A DNA stretch of 64,000 nt. Origin: an uncultured Phycisphaerales bacterium (lineage in GTDB: Bacteria; Planctomycetota; Phycisphaerae; Tepidisphaerales; Tepidisphaeraceae). Every line of letters begins with the position of its first letter. The stretch's first letter is position 1. Below the pieces are notes generated by a model. The model saw only the letters and a program-made list of their open reading frames with translations, was not told where the DNA came from and ran no database searches. Shown here one piece after another: positions 62,757 through 64,000 of the stretch. The translations under genes were made by a program, and so were the position numbers. The stretch lies in assembly GCA_963758525.1 (NCBI GenBank), contig CAVWVQ010000003.1, positions 1,248,001 through 1,312,000 on the forward strand, given 5' to 3'.

Positions 62757-63190
62757 GCCACAAAAAGCACAAGAAACACAAAGGAAAGGTGGAATGTTCC
62801 CGTGGTGCTGGGGCGAACCGATGGACGCGATCCCCGGTGCGGCTTTTTCTTTTTTGTGTCTTTTGTGCCTTTTCGCGGCCATCTCTCTTCTCCCCGGATC
62901 AGAAGAACGCATGGCCGGTACGCGAACCGACGCATCGATATCAACAGAAGGACGCCGGTTGCGTGGCGCACCCCGGCTGGTGCCGAGAGCGAGTCTTGAT
63001 TGTCGTCTTCTGCGAATCGGGAATTGCGTCCCCTGTGGCATGGGCGTCCCGCGCGTCCCGCCCCTGCTGGCTGCATCGGAGGTAAAACCAATCAAGATCG
63101 CCATATGCAATCCACGCTTTTCTTTCTGCCGCGCAACTAACACGGGCGAGACGCCCGTGCCACAGGGAGGTGGGACGCCCATGCCACGGG
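62757..63190. repeat. Repeat-rich intergenic region (CACAAAA-type inverted arrays and GTGG REPs)
   Basis: CACAAAAAGCACAAGAAACACAA vs TTTTGTGTCTTTTGTGCC; REPs near 63035, 63141 and 63171. Confidence 0.75.
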
Positions 63191-63198
63191 GAAATGTT

Positions 63199-64000
63199 TC
63201 ATCTTGCGGAGCCTTCCTTGCATGCAGGGAGGGCGTCGAGGAATAGTTTTCCGTATCGTTTGGTGCGGACCCGGCTATCGAGGATCACGACGATTCCCTT
63301 GTCCGTCCGGCTGCGGATCAATCTCCCGAAACCCTGCTTCAGCTTGATGATTGCTTCGGGGACTGAATATTCCATGAAGGGGTTGCCGCCGTTCTTCTTG
63401 ATTGATTCGAGCCGTGCTTCGACCACGGGTTCATCCGGAACGGCAAAGGGGAGTTTGACGATAATCACATTGCGGAGGCGGTCCCCCTGCACGTCGATCC
63501 CCTGCCAGAAACTGCTGGTGCCGAAGAGAACGCCGTTTTCGCTGTCGCGAAACCGATCGAGGAGCGTGCCGCGCGGCGTGCCGTCTCCCTGGACCAGCAG
63601 ACGATAGCCGCGTGACTCGATACGCTGACGCAGCCGCTCGGCCGCTTCGCGGAGCATGGAGTAGCTCGTGAAGAGGACAAATGCCCCGCCGCTGGTGAGA
63701 TTCACGTACTGCATGATCTTCTCGCAAGCCGCGGGCAAAAAGCGCAGCGTATCGCTGGGTTCGGGAAGATCTGTTTCGAGATAGAGCGTCGCCTGCGAGG
63801 CATAGTCGAAAGGCGATCCCAGTTGCAGCGTCTGCGTTGATTCGATGCCAAGGCGAGCTTGGATGTAGGCGAACGCCGGGTCCGTACCACGGGTTTCCAA
63901 CCCGTGCGAGTGGCTCGGTTCCCCCGTACCACGGGTTTCCAACCCGTGCGAGCCGCGTGGCACTGCCGAATCCCCCATTATCAAATCCAACGCTTTCTGA
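63199..64000 (-). CDS. dinG: DinG/YoaA helicase, C-terminal part (runs off window)
   Basis: SPFDY, VLFTSY, SFWQGIDV, KLPF, KQGFGRLIR, ILDSR. Confidence 0.92.
   Translation of the reverse strand, partial: QKALDLIMGDSAVPRGSHGLETRGTGEPSHSHGLETRGTDPAFAYIQARLGIESTQTLQLGSPFDYASQATLYLETDLPEPSDTLRFLPAACEKIMQYVNLTSGGAFVLFTSYSMLREAAERLRQRIESRGYRLLVQGDGTPRGTLLDRFRDSENGVLFGTSSFWQGIDVQGDRLRNVIIVKLPFAVPDEPVVEARLESIKKNGGNPFMEYSVPEAIIKLKQGFGRLIRSRTDKGIVVILDSRVRTKRYGKLFLDALPACKEGSAR
63884..63948. repeat. Two tandem REP copies inside dinG
   Basis: GTACCACGGGTTTCCAACCCGTG at 63884 and 63926 (42-bp period). Confidence 0.9.

Noticed and set aside
62650..63246. Overlapping ORFs between the oxidoreductase and dinG
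   Set aside because: Composed of repeat-derived low-complexity translations (FLCLLCLF, GMGVP, GETPVP)

Overview
GC-rich bacterial chromosomal window. Its gene content suggests a planctomycete of the Phycisphaerae/Tepidisphaerales type (inference from a PQQ-repeat protein, Zn-ribbon Ser/Thr kinase, TadG-like protein, futalosine genes and DUF4142). About 62 genes are present: xylFGH-like ABC importer, SNF2 helicase, rpoN, a stand-alone atpD, a kinase/FHA-PP2C divergon, purL, sugar-modification genes, uvrA, recJ, purU, ubiX-mqnP-mqnE, bpt, an ABC exporter, ftsY-nusB-(P450)-ribH, a GDP-heptose cluster with its own transaldolase, the 3' part of dinG and three toxin-antitoxin modules. About a dozen genes carry 1-2 nt frame breaks, most likely long-read assembly errors. 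Highlights: (1) three near-identical 143-bp MITEs with 8-bp target duplications, each carrying a GTAG REP doublet; (2) many REP-like palindrome families and inverted 7/8-mer arrays, several inserted in frame inside PurL, UvrA, DinG, NusB and an ABC ATPase, with the same peptide HGLETRGT in PurL and twice in DinG; (3) a small, very basic protein split by a frame break that looks like a divergent ribosomal uL30 with a large K/R-rich insert; (4) an internally deleted VapC and an internally deleted kinase. No rRNA, tRNA, CRISPR array or transposase was seen.
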